The notes beneath the pieces were generated by a model, which was not told the origin of the DNA, made no database searches, and was given only the letters and a program-made list of their open reading frames with translations. Made by a program: the position numbers and the translations under genes. A stretch of DNA of 64,000 bases from Candidatus Aenigmatarchaeota archaeon. Lineage in GTDB: Archaea > Aenigmatarchaeota > Aenigmatarchaeia > CG10238-14 > SpSt-28. The stretch is taken from contig JAWBAK010000001.1 in assembly GCA_038997165.1 (NCBI GenBank), forward strand, positions 372,595 to 436,594. The letters run 5' to 3'. Of the stretch, positions 49,945 to 60,784 are shown piece after piece (within the stretch, counting starts at the first letter, position 1; each line of letters begins with the position of its first letter).

Positions 49945-50533
49945 ATGAAAAATAAGAATTTTTTCAAAAAAGTTGCAAGGATTTATGAATACAGAGATAA
50001 AAAGAAGAAATTCAAGAAGAATAAAAAGACTATAAAAAGAAAACTAATTGAATTGTGTTTTTATATATTGGTTGCTGGTAATAATTTGGAAAAAACTTTA
50101 GAAATTTGAGAAAAAATCTAAAAATTTAGGTAAAGATGAGTTAAGTAGAACCTAAAAAACTTAGAATATAGATTTTATAACATTAGGTCTAAATACATAG
50201 TAGAAAATCGAGAAAAATTAATTTATTAGAAGATTTTAAATGTGATGGGAATTTTAGAAAAATTTTGATAGAAAATTTCTATGAGATTAGGTATAAGAAG
50301 GCTATCGTTTTTTTAGAAATATAGACTGCAATAACTTTTCTATAATTGATAGACATGTCTTAAATTTTTTAAAGAGTTTTAATTTTAAAAAGGAAGTTCT
50401 AAAAAGTTTAAATGAAAAACTTATCTAGAATTAGAAAAAATACTTAAAAAATAGTACACGAAATTGGAATTACATTGGCTAAGTTAGATTTTTGTATTTT
50501 TTATTATCAAGCAAATAGAATTCATAAAAAATA
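49945..50533 (+). pseudogene. ogg: Decayed 8-oxoguanine DNA glycosylase/N-glycosylase-lyase (Ogg2-type)
   Basis: Fragments in mixed frames with stops: ELCFYILVA, YRFYNIRSKYI, a GLG(Y)K-..FLRN-like stretch, IIDRHVL, TYLELEKILKK, GITLAKLD. Confidence 0.75.
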
Positions 50534-50937
50534 AATATTAAATTAGTTATCGTGGTCTATGATTTTCGATATTTTACTAATTTTCATTTTTTGTTTCTTT
50601 TAATTACTCAATATTTTATTAAATTAATTCTTTCAAGAGTTTTGTATCAATTTTAAACATGTTTCTAGTTCTGTGATTTGAAATAAATATCACTGCTAAT
50701 ATTTCGAATAATAATGTCGAATACATAATAATATAATAGATGAAGAAAAACATTTCTCAATATTTTAAGCAAATTTTGAAATTTTGATAGATAGCTTATA
50801 TTTTCTTTTTATTATAAGATTTAAATATTTTCTTCTTTATATGTTTTTCTCTCGTATAGAATATACATACATACACTACCTCTTTTTATTGATATCTTCT
50901 TTTTATTTTAATAAATTATTTTGGTTCCATTTTTACT

Positions 50938-52548
50938 TTAGAATTCTGTTTTTATTTCAAAATTTTTATATTTTTCTTCAAATTCTTTATCTAATATATC
51001 ACGCTTTAAATAATAAGGTTTAAGATCTTCAAGTATAGTAGTTGGACGTTTATCCATGATTGCTACCATCCTATAAATAGCATCTACTATAAATTCTCTA
51101 TACTCTGGATTAGTCAACAGTAAAGTAGCTAATTTTTTAATTCTATCGGTATGTTCTCTACTTGTGTCATTTGTGTTGAAAATAGCATGAGTTAACTCTT
51201 CCAAGAGAGCTTCAATAAGATGAGCACACCAATTATCAGTATTACAAGATTTGAGTAGAGATCTTCTTATACCAATTTCTCCTTTAAGAAGAGATAATAA
51301 AGCATATCCATATTCATTTTTTAATTGCTCATCTAATGGTTCATAGATTACAACTTCCCAAGTAGGAATAGTGTAAGGAAGAAATTTTTTTACAATTGTA
51401 TTTAAAATATTATAAATTTTTCTTTCATCCTCATCTAATTCTTCATACTTAAATTTTCTTCTTTTTAAATTTTTGTGTTTTTCTATAAATTCTAAACAAG
51501 AAGGCAAAATTCCTAAAGAGGCTAAACTTTCTAAGAGTGGTGTCGATTTTATAACTTTTGCACCTTTATATGATGCTTCTTCTCCTAGATGATCTGGAAA
51601 TTTAACAACCGCATTTTCTCCAAATACTAATAACCATGCATTTCTAATAGTTTGAATAGTTTGGTTTATTTGTTCATTCATTTCTTCTATGGATTGAATT
51701 TTAATCATAGATTCAAATGTGTTTTTATTATCCCTAATATCTTCAAATATTTTTTTCCAATATTCTAAGCTATTTATTTTTAGCATATAACTAAGTAGAG
51801 ACGTTTTTACATCTATTATGTTAACTACATTTCTTCCTTCTGATATTCTTACTAAATTAGGATTAAAATTATATCCCCAAGAGAGTGGTTCTTCTATTTT
51901 AGAAATAAATAAACCACCCACAAAAATTTTTCCTTCATCTCTAACAATTTGCATTTCATAATTAAAAATATTGTTTGATGTATCTCTAGAAATCTCGTAA
52001 ACAATTCTATTATCATTAGGTTTTATTAAATTCTTCTCCAAAATTTCTTTTATTTCACTTTCCTTAATATCCTCTCCTTTAAGTATTACTTTTGTACCAT
52101 TAATTTCATTTTTAGTTCTATAAAAATTAATTTTAAAAGTTCTAACTCCATCTTTTTCAACTATTTCTGGCTTAGCAGAATAATTCTTAAAATAAATTTC
52201 TACCTCATAACCATTTCTTAATGCAACTACTATTGCTAGTTTCATACCTTCGTTAAATCTGCCTATATATCCTTTATCAATTGATTTGTTTTGTGAGCTA
52301 TATCCAAAATAAAAATCTTTTATATTTATTGATTTACCTTTGTTATATATTTCTACTCTTTCCGAAGAGATGTTTATTTCAATGTTTTTCCAATTACCAT
52401 TTTCTGCATCTATTGCATTAGATATAAATTCTCTAATTATATCCCACAAACCCCAATAAGATCTATATCCTTCTATATTTATTGGATAGTGGATTTCTTT
52501 CTTTTCTTCAAATAATTTTTTAATAAAAGATTTTAATTTACTGATCAT
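50938..52548 (-). CDS. GHKL/HATPase-like ATPase with a C-terminal zincin-like motif
   Basis: IIREFISNAIDA, YNKG, GRFNEGMKLA and GTKV (Bergerat motifs); LLEELTHA. Confidence 0.65.
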   Translation of the reverse strand: MISKLKSFIKKLFEEKKEIHYPINIEGYRSYWGLWDIIREFISNAIDAENGNWKNIEINISSERVEIYNKGKSINIKDFYFGYSSQNKSIDKGYIGRFNEGMKLAIVVALRNGYEVEIYFKNYSAKPEIVEKDGVRTFKINFYRTKNEINGTKVILKGEDIKESEIKEILEKNLIKPNDNRIVYEISRDTSNNIFNYEMQIVRDEGKIFVGGLFISKIEEPLSWGYNFNPNLVRISEGRNVVNIIDVKTSLLSYMLKINSLEYWKKIFEDIRDNKNTFESMIKIQSIEEMNEQINQTIQTIRNAWLLVFGENAVVKFPDHLGEEASYKGAKVIKSTPLLESLASLGILPSCLEFIEKHKNLKRRKFKYEELDEDERKIYNILNTIVKKFLPYTIPTWEVVIYEPLDEQLKNEYGYALLSLLKGEIGIRRSLLKSCNTDNWCAHLIEALLEELTHAIFNTNDTSREHTDRIKKLATLLLTNPEYREFIVDAIYRMVAIMDKRPTTILEDLKPYYLKRDILDKEFEEKYKNFEIKTEF

Positions 52549-52629
52549 TATTATATAGTAGTTATTACCCTTTATGTAGTTTATAATGTTAATCTACGTT
52601 GTTTACCATTTATATTTGTTTTTAAATAA

Positions 52630-55209
52630 TTATTCGATAAAGTGTCTAATTTTTAAAAACTCCTTTTCTTTTTCAAAAATTTCTCGAATAAGTTCTTCTT
52701 CATTTTCATATATTTTTCTTATATTTAATATCTTTTTAGCTGTTTCTATTCCAATACCTTTACCAGCTAAAACTAATGCAGCTTTTTTTCCAAAGCTAAT
52801 GAATAAAGATGCGCTTTCATAAAGTTTTTGATATATTTCTTCTTCTTCCTTAGATAAAGAAAGACCTTTAATTTTTTTATTTACAATTTTTAAATTTTTT
52901 TCCAAGTCATGTTTAACAATTGATAAAAAATAAGAGTTACATTTAATACATTTAGAAAAGTTTATATCTTTAACTTTACTTTCAAAATAGTTTCCACAGT
53001 TTAAACAAATAAAAAATAATTTTTTATTTAGCAATCTATTTTTAATATTTTCTAAAATAGTAGCTGTTAATATTGGAATTTCTCCAAAACTAAAAACTCT
53101 TTTTAATAATAGCTCAGAAAATTTTGAAAATTTTTCTTTTGTTTCAAATTTTAAATTTTTTATTTCACTTAGAATTTTTTTGGCATTTTCAAAATCTAGC
53201 TTTTCAAAAATTATTTCATTTAAAACTTCTTTTTCTATAATCGAATTTCTATAAAATTCGGCAAGTTTTTTAATTTTCGAAAAATTTATTTCTGCATCCT
53301 TAGAAATAATTCCAAATCTTTTTGCAATTTGATAAAATTTGTAATAAAATAATTTTGAATTTTTAATACTTTCGATAACGAACACTTCAAAATTTTTATC
53401 TAAATTTTCTAATGCAAATTTAAATATTTCATCATTTCTTTTATTAACTCTAAAAATTATTCCATATTGTAAGGATTTATAAAAAATTTCAGAATAAACT
53501 CTAGAAATAAAATATAAAATAGCATACATTAAAGTTTCATTAACTTTATTTCCATAAGGTAAATGAAAAATATAGTAAAAATATTTATTATCAAAAACAA
53601 TTTCGACCTTTTCTCCTTCAAATATATTTGAATTTTTAATTTCTTTTGCAACTTCAAAACTTACCGGTATTAATTCTCCCTCCCAATAAGGAATTATTGC
53701 TTCTTCCTCACTAGGTTCAACAAAAATTTTTTCTTTAATATCAACAACTTTCCAAGAAGTTCCTTTAATTAAATAAGATTTTCCAATTTCTAATTCTGTT
53801 GCTACAAAATTTTCATCAAAATTAGCAATTAATTTATTAGATGTTATATCAATAACATCATATTGTTTAGTAGAAGGAATAAAAGAAAGATTTTCTATAT
53901 AGTATTTCAAACCTTTTTTACTTGCTCTATATCTTTTGTTTTCATCCTCAAAAATTAATTTATGATCTTTCAAAAATTTTATTGTTTCTTTTAATGTTTC
54001 GTCGCTTAAACTTTTATAGACATATGAATTTTTAAAAATTTCTTTAAACTCTTCAAAACTTTTTCTTTCTTTTAGGCAAATTGAAATTATTTGATTTGCT
54101 AAAACATCTAGACAATTTTCCATATTTTTAATTTTTTCTATTTTTCCTTCTTTTGCAAGCTTAACTATATTTTTAGATTCTTCAAACTCTAATTCATCGC
54201 TACATATAATATAGCCAATAGGTTTTTTATTTTCCCTATGACCGCTTCTTCCAACTCTTTGGATTAATTGAATAACTTCTCTAGCACTATTATATTGAAT
54301 TACAGCATCTACATTTCCAATATCAATTCCTAATTGTAAGCTAGATGTTGCAACGATAGCTTTTATATTACCTCTTTTAAATTCTCTTTCTATTTCAATT
54401 CTGATTTCTTTACTTAAGCTTGAATGATGAACTTCAACATTTTCATATTTTTTTAAATTGTATGCTAAAAATTCTGCTTCTTCTCTCGTATTTGTAAAAA
54501 TTAAAACTTGTTTATGTTCTTTTAAGATTTCCAATATTTTTTTAATTCTATTTTCAAAATCTTTTTCTAAAAATATATGATATTCATATTCTTTTAATTT
54601 TTCTATAGCAACAACTTCATAATCTTTGCAAAAAATTCTTCCAACTTCATAATTACTAATTGTTGCAGAAATCATTATTGTTTGGAATTTTGCAATTTTT
54701 CTTAATCTTTCTAAGCAAACTGATAATAAAACACCCCTTTTATTATCTACAATTTCATGAATTTCATCTATTATTACGAATTTTACATTTTTTAAATAAT
54801 CTTTCAAATTTTTTGAAATTAATAGTAATTGAAAAGTTTCTGGAGTTGTTATAAAGATATGCGGTGGAAATAAAGTTTGTTTTCTTCTTTCATATTTTGT
54901 TATATCACTATGTCTAACAGCAATTTCCAAATCTAAATTTTTACAAAAATATGAAAGTCTTTCTAATAAATCTCTATTCAAAGATCTTAATGGAGTAACA
55001 TAAATAATAGAAATAGGTAACGGATTCTCTATTATTTTATTTAAAGCTGGTAAAAAAGCCGCCTCTGTTTTTCCATAGCCTGTGGGAGCAACTATTAAAA
55101 CATTTTTTCCTTCTAAAATTTTTGGAATCGAAAGTATTTGAATTTCTGTAGGTTTTTCAAATTTATTTTCAACTAATTTTCTTAGTTTTTCATTAAGTAA
55201 GCTAAACAT
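52630..55209 (-). CDS. lhr: Lhr-family SF2 DEAD/H helicase
   Basis: APTGYGKT, PLRSLNRD, TTPET, DEIH, SAT, HHSSLS, QRVGRSGH, C-terminal Zn finger. Confidence 0.93.
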   Translation of the reverse strand: MFSLLNEKLRKLVENKFEKPTEIQILSIPKILEGKNVLIVAPTGYGKTEAAFLPALNKIIENPLPISIIYVTPLRSLNRDLLERLSYFCKNLDLEIAVRHSDITKYERRKQTLFPPHIFITTPETFQLLLISKNLKDYLKNVKFVIIDEIHEIVDNKRGVLLSVCLERLRKIAKFQTIMISATISNYEVGRIFCKDYEVVAIEKLKEYEYHIFLEKDFENRIKKILEILKEHKQVLIFTNTREEAEFLAYNLKKYENVEVHHSSLSKEIRIEIEREFKRGNIKAIVATSSLQLGIDIGNVDAVIQYNSAREVIQLIQRVGRSGHRENKKPIGYIICSDELEFEESKNIVKLAKEGKIEKIKNMENCLDVLANQIISICLKERKSFEEFKEIFKNSYVYKSLSDETLKETIKFLKDHKLIFEDENKRYRASKKGLKYYIENLSFIPSTKQYDVIDITSNKLIANFDENFVATELEIGKSYLIKGTSWKVVDIKEKIFVEPSEEEAIIPYWEGELIPVSFEVAKEIKNSNIFEGEKVEIVFDNKYFYYIFHLPYGNKVNETLMYAILYFISRVYSEIFYKSLQYGIIFRVNKRNDEIFKFALENLDKNFEVFVIESIKNSKLFYYKFYQIAKRFGIISKDAEINFSKIKKLAEFYRNSIIEKEVLNEIIFEKLDFENAKKILSEIKNLKFETKEKFSKFSELLLKRVFSFGEIPILTATILENIKNRLLNKKLFFICLNCGNYFESKVKDINFSKCIKCNSYFLSIVKHDLEKNLKIVNKKIKGLSLSKEEEEIYQKLYESASLFISFGKKAALVLAGKGIGIETAKKILNIRKIYENEEELIREIFEKEKEFLKIRHFIE

Positions 55210-55250
55210 AAAAAGTTAAAGGAATAAATAGATTTTTCTTTAATTATTTT

Positions 55251-55529
55251 ATGCATCCTTTAGTAAAATCTATTGCAGGAATAATAATAGCAGTTTTAGG
55301 AATATACTATATATTCAAAGGAATTCCTTTCTTAGGAGTAAATCCAGCACTAGAACACGTAAAAATAGTATTAAATGGAGCAATACCAATATTAGCAATA
55401 TGTTTAGGAATATTTATAGCATGGCTTTATTATGACGAGTGGAAAATAGAAAAAGAATTAAAGAGAGAATTAGAAAAAGAAGAAAAAGAAGCTGAAGAAA
55501 AGAAAAAACCAAAAAAGAAAAAGGAATAA
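55251..55529 (+). CDS. Small two-TM membrane protein with charged tail
   Basis: 92 aa; abuts fen. Confidence 0.65.
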   Translation: MHPLVKSIAGIIIAVLGIYYIFKGIPFLGVNPALEHVKIVLNGAIPILAICLGIFIAWLYYDEWKIEKELKRELEKEEKEAEEKKKPKKKKE

Positions 55530-56555
55530 ATGGGAGTAAATATAAAGGATTTAGTTGAAGATATAAAGCAAGAAGTAGAATTAAATTCACTATCGAATAA
55601 AATAATAGCAATTGATGCTTACAACACTCTTTATCAATTTTTATCTATAATAAGAGATAAAGATACTGGCGAGCCATTAAGGGATTCTAAAGGTAGAATA
55701 ACTTCTCATATTTCTGGAATTTTTTATAGAACTATAAATTTATTAGAAAATGGTATTAAACCAATATATGTATTTGATGGTGAGCCACCAAAATTTAAAT
55801 TAAAAGAAATTGAAAAAAGGCAAAAAATGAAAGAAGAAGCATTTAAGAAATGGCAAGAAGCATTAGAAAAAGGGGAAGAAGCAATAACATATGCTCAAGC
55901 AGCTAGCATATTGACTAAGGAAATGGTTGAAGAAACAAAAGAATTGCTAAATTATATGGGTTTACCATATGTTCAAGCAAAAAGCGAGGGAGAGGCTCAA
56001 ACAGCTTATTTAGTTAATAAAGGTTATGCTTATGCATCTGCATCTCAAGATTATGATTCTTTACTTTTTGGATCAACAAGATTAATAAGAAATTTAAATC
56101 TTACTGGAAAAAGAAAGTTACCAAAAAAAGAAATTTATGTAGAAATAAAACCAGAAATAATAGAACTTAATACTTTACTTCAAAAATATAGAATAACAAG
56201 AGAACAATTAATTCTTATTGGAATAATTGTTGGTTGCGATTATTTTGAAGGTGTTAAAGGTTATGGACCAAAAAAAGCATTGGAATTAGTTAGGGAATTA
56301 AAGACTTTTGAAAGAATTAAAAATTATTTAAAATTGCCAGACGAAGTTGAAGAGATTTATAATTTCTTTTTAAATCCTGAAGTAGAAGAAAAATTTGAAA
56401 TTACTTTTAAACCTATGGATAAAGAAAAAATAATTAAGTTTATGGTAGAAGAAAGAAATTTTAGTGAAGAAAGAGTTTTAAATGCATTAGAAAAATTAGA
56501 AGAAGCCTCTAAAAAATCAAGGCAAACATCATTATCTTTATGGTTTAAAAAGTAA
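55530..56555 (+). CDS. fen: Flap endonuclease 1
   Basis: MGV, IDAYNTLYQFL, VFDG, EGEAQ, SQDYD, GCDY, PIP box QTSLSLWF. Confidence 0.98.
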   Translation: MGVNIKDLVEDIKQEVELNSLSNKIIAIDAYNTLYQFLSIIRDKDTGEPLRDSKGRITSHISGIFYRTINLLENGIKPIYVFDGEPPKFKLKEIEKRQKMKEEAFKKWQEALEKGEEAITYAQAASILTKEMVEETKELLNYMGLPYVQAKSEGEAQTAYLVNKGYAYASASQDYDSLLFGSTRLIRNLNLTGKRKLPKKEIYVEIKPEIIELNTLLQKYRITREQLILIGIIVGCDYFEGVKGYGPKKALELVRELKTFERIKNYLKLPDEVEEIYNFFLNPEVEEKFEITFKPMDKEKIIKFMVEERNFSEERVLNALEKLEEASKKSRQTSLSLWFKK

Positions 56556-56611
56556 GTAATCAATAAAGATAAACCAAAAAGTATAAATATATATTTTAAC
56601 ATATATGAATT

Positions 56612-57133
56612 ATGGATGAGGAATTCGAACTTTTACCTTCTACACCATTAAGAAGATTAGAAAGAAGATTAGAAAGATTAGAGCAGGAAATTAATAAAAA
56701 AAGTGGAGAAACATTTCTAAAAGAAATAGTTGATATAATAAAAGTTAATCAACTAATAATTGATGAAGTTGTAAAATCTAACGAAGCTTTAAAATTAGAA
56801 ATTTCTAAGTTATATCCAAAATTAGATTCTTTAGTAGTTCAAATGAATGAATTATTGAACTTTATAAAATCTTCCGTTTTTCAGGAAACAATAGGTACAG
56901 AAGCGTTTAGACCATTGATAAAGAAAATGTCAGAAATTTCTGAAGGAATTAAAACATTGGTTGAAGTGAATAAACAAACAACAGAACAATTAAAAAGTCT
57001 AGAAAATAAAATAGATAAAAAATTAACTTTATTAACATCTTCTGAAGAAAAACCAAAACCTTCTATGCCTTTAGAACTTCAGCAAATTAAAATACCTATA
57101 AAGAAAGAATCTTTAATACCTCTAGAAAAATAA
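56612..57133 (+). CDS. Coiled-coil protein heading the pilus locus
   Basis: Heptad pattern, Pro-rich tail. Confidence 0.65.
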   Translation: MDEEFELLPSTPLRRLERRLERLEQEINKKSGETFLKEIVDIIKVNQLIIDEVVKSNEALKLEISKLYPKLDSLVVQMNELLNFIKSSVFQETIGTEAFRPLIKKMSEISEGIKTLVEVNKQTTEQLKSLENKIDKKLTLLTSSEEKPKPSMPLELQQIKIPIKKESLIPLEK

Positions 57134-57154
57134 TTATTTAATATTTAATATTTT

Positions 57155-57769
57155 ATGAAAACAATTTCAGAAATTATTTCCTATCTTTTAATTATTTTAC
57201 TAATTTTTTCTTTAATTTCTCTAATTCTTTTTTGGGGATTGCCTTATTTACAAAAAAGACAGGATGAAATGAAAGTAAATTTAATTTTTAATGATTTATT
57301 TAGCGAGGAATCTTCAAATTCCATAGTAAACAAAATGAAAAACTCTCTATTTAGAAAAACAGAAGAAAAAATTGGTGGTTATGATGGTTCTTGGAATATT
57401 ACTGTTGCTAATTTTGTAATTAATGATCCAAGTAGTATAATTTTTTATTTTGTTTCGAAGGTTTCTCCTGTAAATTCTGGAGAATGGATTACAATTTATG
57501 GTTGTGGAAAAGAAATATGCGAAATTCATGAAGGTTTTTATGATGTAAAAATATCTTCTGAAAGAATAGGAGATAGTTTTATAGTAAAGTATGGTGTTTT
57601 CTTAAAAAAGTTAAGAATGAAAGATAAAATATATAATATAACATTTAATGTTACAAATTTCAATCCTAATATTAGATCATATTATTTTCCGACAAAATTT
57701 ATTTATTTATCTAGTGAAATAAGAGATATAAATGAAAAAGAAGGAATAATTATTTTTTGGGTTAGATAA
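57155..57769 (+). CDS. Pilin-like protein (class III signal-like N-terminus)
   Basis: MKTISEIISY followed by a hydrophobic helix; upstream of the T4P ATPase. Confidence 0.65.
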   Translation: MKTISEIISYLLIILLIFSLISLILFWGLPYLQKRQDEMKVNLIFNDLFSEESSNSIVNKMKNSLFRKTEEKIGGYDGSWNITVANFVINDPSSIIFYFVSKVSPVNSGEWITIYGCGKEICEIHEGFYDVKISSERIGDSFIVKYGVFLKKLRMKDKIYNITFNVTNFNPNIRSYYFPTKFIYLSSEIRDINEKEGIIIFWVR

Positions 57770-57772
57770 AAA

Positions 57773-58201
57773 ATGAAATTTCAAGCCGAAATAATTTCCT
57801 ATTTATTTTTTGTTCTTCTTATATTTACTATTTCATCCTTTTTAATATATTACTTTTCTTTTTTAAGCGGTTTTATTTCTAAAAGTTTTAACAAATTAAA
57901 CTTGTATTCAATATTAAATGTTTTCGAATCTCCTATATTAATTTTTAATTCTATTTGTGATTATTGTAAAGTTAACTATATTTTTAATATTAATACTTCT
58001 AGAGCTCATAATTTTCTTATTTTAATTTCTTCAAATAATTCTGAAATAAAATATGAAGAACTATATTCTTCTTCTATTATTTCTTCAAAACTTTTTAATT
58101 ATTCTAAAAATTTTACATACGATATTTATGCAACTTCGACAAAAAGAATTTTTTTTGAAATTAACAAAATAAATAATATTATAACTGTAAAAAATATATA
58201 A
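57773..58201 (+). CDS. Pilin-like protein
   Basis: MKFQAEIISY followed by a hydrophobic helix. Confidence 0.6.
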   Translation: MKFQAEIISYLFFVLLIFTISSFLIYYFSFLSGFISKSFNKLNLYSILNVFESPILIFNSICDYCKVNYIFNINTSRAHNFLILISSNNSEIKYEELYSSSIISSKLFNYSKNFTYDIYATSTKRIFFEINKINNIITVKNI

Positions 58202-58241
58202 AAAAGATTAATATTAAAGTTAAACTAATAAATTAATATTT

Positions 58242-59927
58242 ATGGTAATTGGAAAAAAATTATTAAGAGGTGTAAAAACATATTTTGAATTGCAAACACC
58301 AGTTATTCTTTCTCGAATGAATGCTATGATAGAGGCAAAAATGAAAGCAAAAATTAAGGCATTAAGAAAAAGAATAGAAAAAAAATCTATAGAAAAAAAG
58401 AAAGAAGCAGAGTATCCAGGTATAGAAGTTCCATATTATTTTTTTGAATTTCTGGAGGAAGAAATAAAAAAAGAAGGAATAATAGAAGAATATCCAATAG
58501 TAGTTAGAGATGGAAAGACTTTAGCTTTAGTAAGAATATTTTTTGAAAAAGGAAAGTATATTTATAATGTTATTGAACCAGAATTAAATGAAAAAGAAAA
58601 ACAAATTCTTAAGGAATTAAAAGAAAAAATTTTAATCTTTTTGGGAGAAAAATTTGAATTACCATATGAGCAAGAAGTTAAAGAAATATTCTCAGCTTTA
58701 ATAAAGAATTATTCATTATCTAAAGAGGAAATTGATAAAATATGGTATTATATAGAAAGGGATTTAATTGGTTATGGAGTTATAGATGTCTTAATGAAAG
58801 ATCCTAATATAGAAGATATTAGTTGTGACGGTTTATCAATTCCAATATTTATAGTTCATAAAAATCCGAAACTAGGAAGTATTCAAACGAATATAATTAT
58901 CAATAATAGAGAGGAATTAGATTCGCTAGTAATTAGATTAGCACAAAAATGTGGAAAGGCAATAAATTTAGCTCAACCTTTAGTTGATGGGATATTACCA
59001 GATGGAAGTAGATTACAAGCAACTTTAGAAACTGATATAGCTATAAGAGGTTCTAATTTTACAATTAGAAAATTTCCAAAAAAAGTTCTAACACCAATAG
59101 ATTTAATTAAATCAAAAACAATAGACGCATTATCATTAGCTTATTTATGGTTTTGTATAGATTATGGAAGAAATATATTAATTTCTGGTGGTACTGGTAC
59201 TGGTAAAACTACATTATTAAATGTAATTTCATCTTTTATAAAATATGAAAAGAAAATAGTTTCTATAGAAGATACTCCAGAAATTAAATTACCACATACT
59301 CATTGGATTCAACATGTTGCAAGAGTTTCTATTTCTACTGGAAAAGAAGGTGAAGTAGATTTGTTTGAATTAATAAGAGCTGCTTTAAGACAAAGACCAG
59401 ATTACATAATAGTTGGAGAAGTTAGAGGAGCAGAGGCAAATGTTCTATTTCAAGGAATGGCAACTGGTCATACAGGCTTAGCTACTATACATGCAGAAGA
59501 TATGATTAAATTAATAGATAGATTAAAAACAAAACCAATAGAGTTAAGCCCTTCTTTAATAGAAATTTTAGATTTAGTTATTTTTGTAAAAAGATTATTT
59601 TATAAAGATAAAATTACAAGAAGAGTTTCTGATATAGTAGAAATTTTAGCCGCAGATGAAAAAAAAGTTTATTATAGAAATGTTTTTAGATGGGATCCAT
59701 TTGAGGATAAATTTAAAATAACTTCTAAAAGTTATACTCTTTATAAAATTTCTCAAAGCTTTGGTTTATCAGAAAGTGAAATTAAAGAAGAAATACTAAA
59801 TAGAGCTAAAGTATTAGATTTTATGTATAAAAACGATATAAGAGATTTAGAAAGTTTCTATAAAATAGTTAATCTTTATCATATAAATAAAGAAGCCTTA
59901 TTAGAATATATTTCTACATTTCTATGA
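58242..59927 (+). CDS. Type II/IV secretion / pilus assembly ATPase (VirB11/TadA/FlaI-like)
   Basis: DPNIEDISCDG, FTIRKF, GGTGTGKTT, IEDTPE, LRQRPDYIIVGEVRG, TGH...TIHA. Confidence 0.95.
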   Translation: MVIGKKLLRGVKTYFELQTPVILSRMNAMIEAKMKAKIKALRKRIEKKSIEKKKEAEYPGIEVPYYFFEFLEEEIKKEGIIEEYPIVVRDGKTLALVRIFFEKGKYIYNVIEPELNEKEKQILKELKEKILIFLGEKFELPYEQEVKEIFSALIKNYSLSKEEIDKIWYYIERDLIGYGVIDVLMKDPNIEDISCDGLSIPIFIVHKNPKLGSIQTNIIINNREELDSLVIRLAQKCGKAINLAQPLVDGILPDGSRLQATLETDIAIRGSNFTIRKFPKKVLTPIDLIKSKTIDALSLAYLWFCIDYGRNILISGGTGTGKTTLLNVISSFIKYEKKIVSIEDTPEIKLPHTHWIQHVARVSISTGKEGEVDLFELIRAALRQRPDYIIVGEVRGAEANVLFQGMATGHTGLATIHAEDMIKLIDRLKTKPIELSPSLIEILDLVIFVKRLFYKDKITRRVSDIVEILAADEKKVYYRNVFRWDPFEDKFKITSKSYTLYKISQSFGLSESEIKEEILNRAKVLDFMYKNDIRDLESFYKIVNLYHINKEALLEYISTFL

Positions 59928-60784
59928 TTACTCAATCTGCATCACTTTTTTATGAATCTTTTCCAGGTTTAATCGATTTTGTAAAGAGTTATTTTGAAAA
60001 TTTACCAAGAGAATTAAAGGTTTTAAGATATAAAGAATCAGCTGAGTTTTATATAGCTAAAAGTATAGCTATTGCATTTTTAACTTTTTCTTTTTCAATA
60101 ACTTTTTTAACAATATTTCTAAATGTATTAATTAAAGACATTATTTCATCTCTTTCTATATCTTTTTTATTTTCATCTATTTTGGGTGTTTTTATTTTTT
60201 TAATTTATATAAAATTACCATCTATAAAAATAAGTAATTTATCGAGAGCTATAGATAGAGAATTACATGAATCTCTTTATACTTTTAGTATTTTTGTAAA
60301 TGACAAAACTCCATTACATATATCAATAAACAACTTTATTAGATCAAATCCACAATATAAACTTTCTAAAGAACTTAACGATATAATAAAACTAATGGAA
60401 TTTGGAGGCTTAGATATTTTATCAGCAATAGATAAAAAAATAGAATTAACTCCTTCTACAAAATTAACAAGATTTTTGTTTGGATTATCATCGACAATAA
60501 AAAGCGGTGGAAGTATTAAAAATTATGTATCTACATTTGCAAAAGATGAAATTGAAGAATATAGAAATAAAATAAGAGAAAGTGGAAGAAAGGCTGCTAT
60601 GATTATTCAAATTTATTTGATAGCTTTAGTAATGGGGGGAATGTTTGTTAATCTTATTATTTCTATTTTTTCATTGGTTCAACCAATGGAAGGAATTATA
60701 GAAATTCAATTTTTCTTGAGTTTTATTCTTATACCTTTAGTTAGTTTAATGATAGCTCAATTAATTAAAACAATAGTAATATGA
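59924..60784 (+). CDS. T2SS-F/TadB-like membrane platform protein
   Basis: TMs plus a T2SSF-like segment (LSSTIKSGGSI); coupled to the ATPase. Confidence 0.82.
   Translation: MITQSASLFYESFPGLIDFVKSYFENLPRELKVLRYKESAEFYIAKSIAIAFLTFSFSITFLTIFLNVLIKDIISSLSISFLFSSILGVFIFLIYIKLPSIKISNLSRAIDRELHESLYTFSIFVNDKTPLHISINNFIRSNPQYKLSKELNDIIKLMEFGGLDILSAIDKKIELTPSTKLTRFLFGLSSTIKSGGSIKNYVSTFAKDEIEEYRNKIRESGRKAAMIIQIYLIALVMGGMFVNLIISIFSLVQPMEGIIEIQFFLSFILIPLVSLMIAQLIKTIVI

Noticed and set aside
515..57529. Many short antisense or alternative-frame ORFs (e.g. 515-709, 5751-6116, 20372-20797, 32535-32837, 46723-47040, 47491-47793)
   Set aside because: They are shadows of well-supported genes, with F/S/I-rich composition expected from antisense E/K codons
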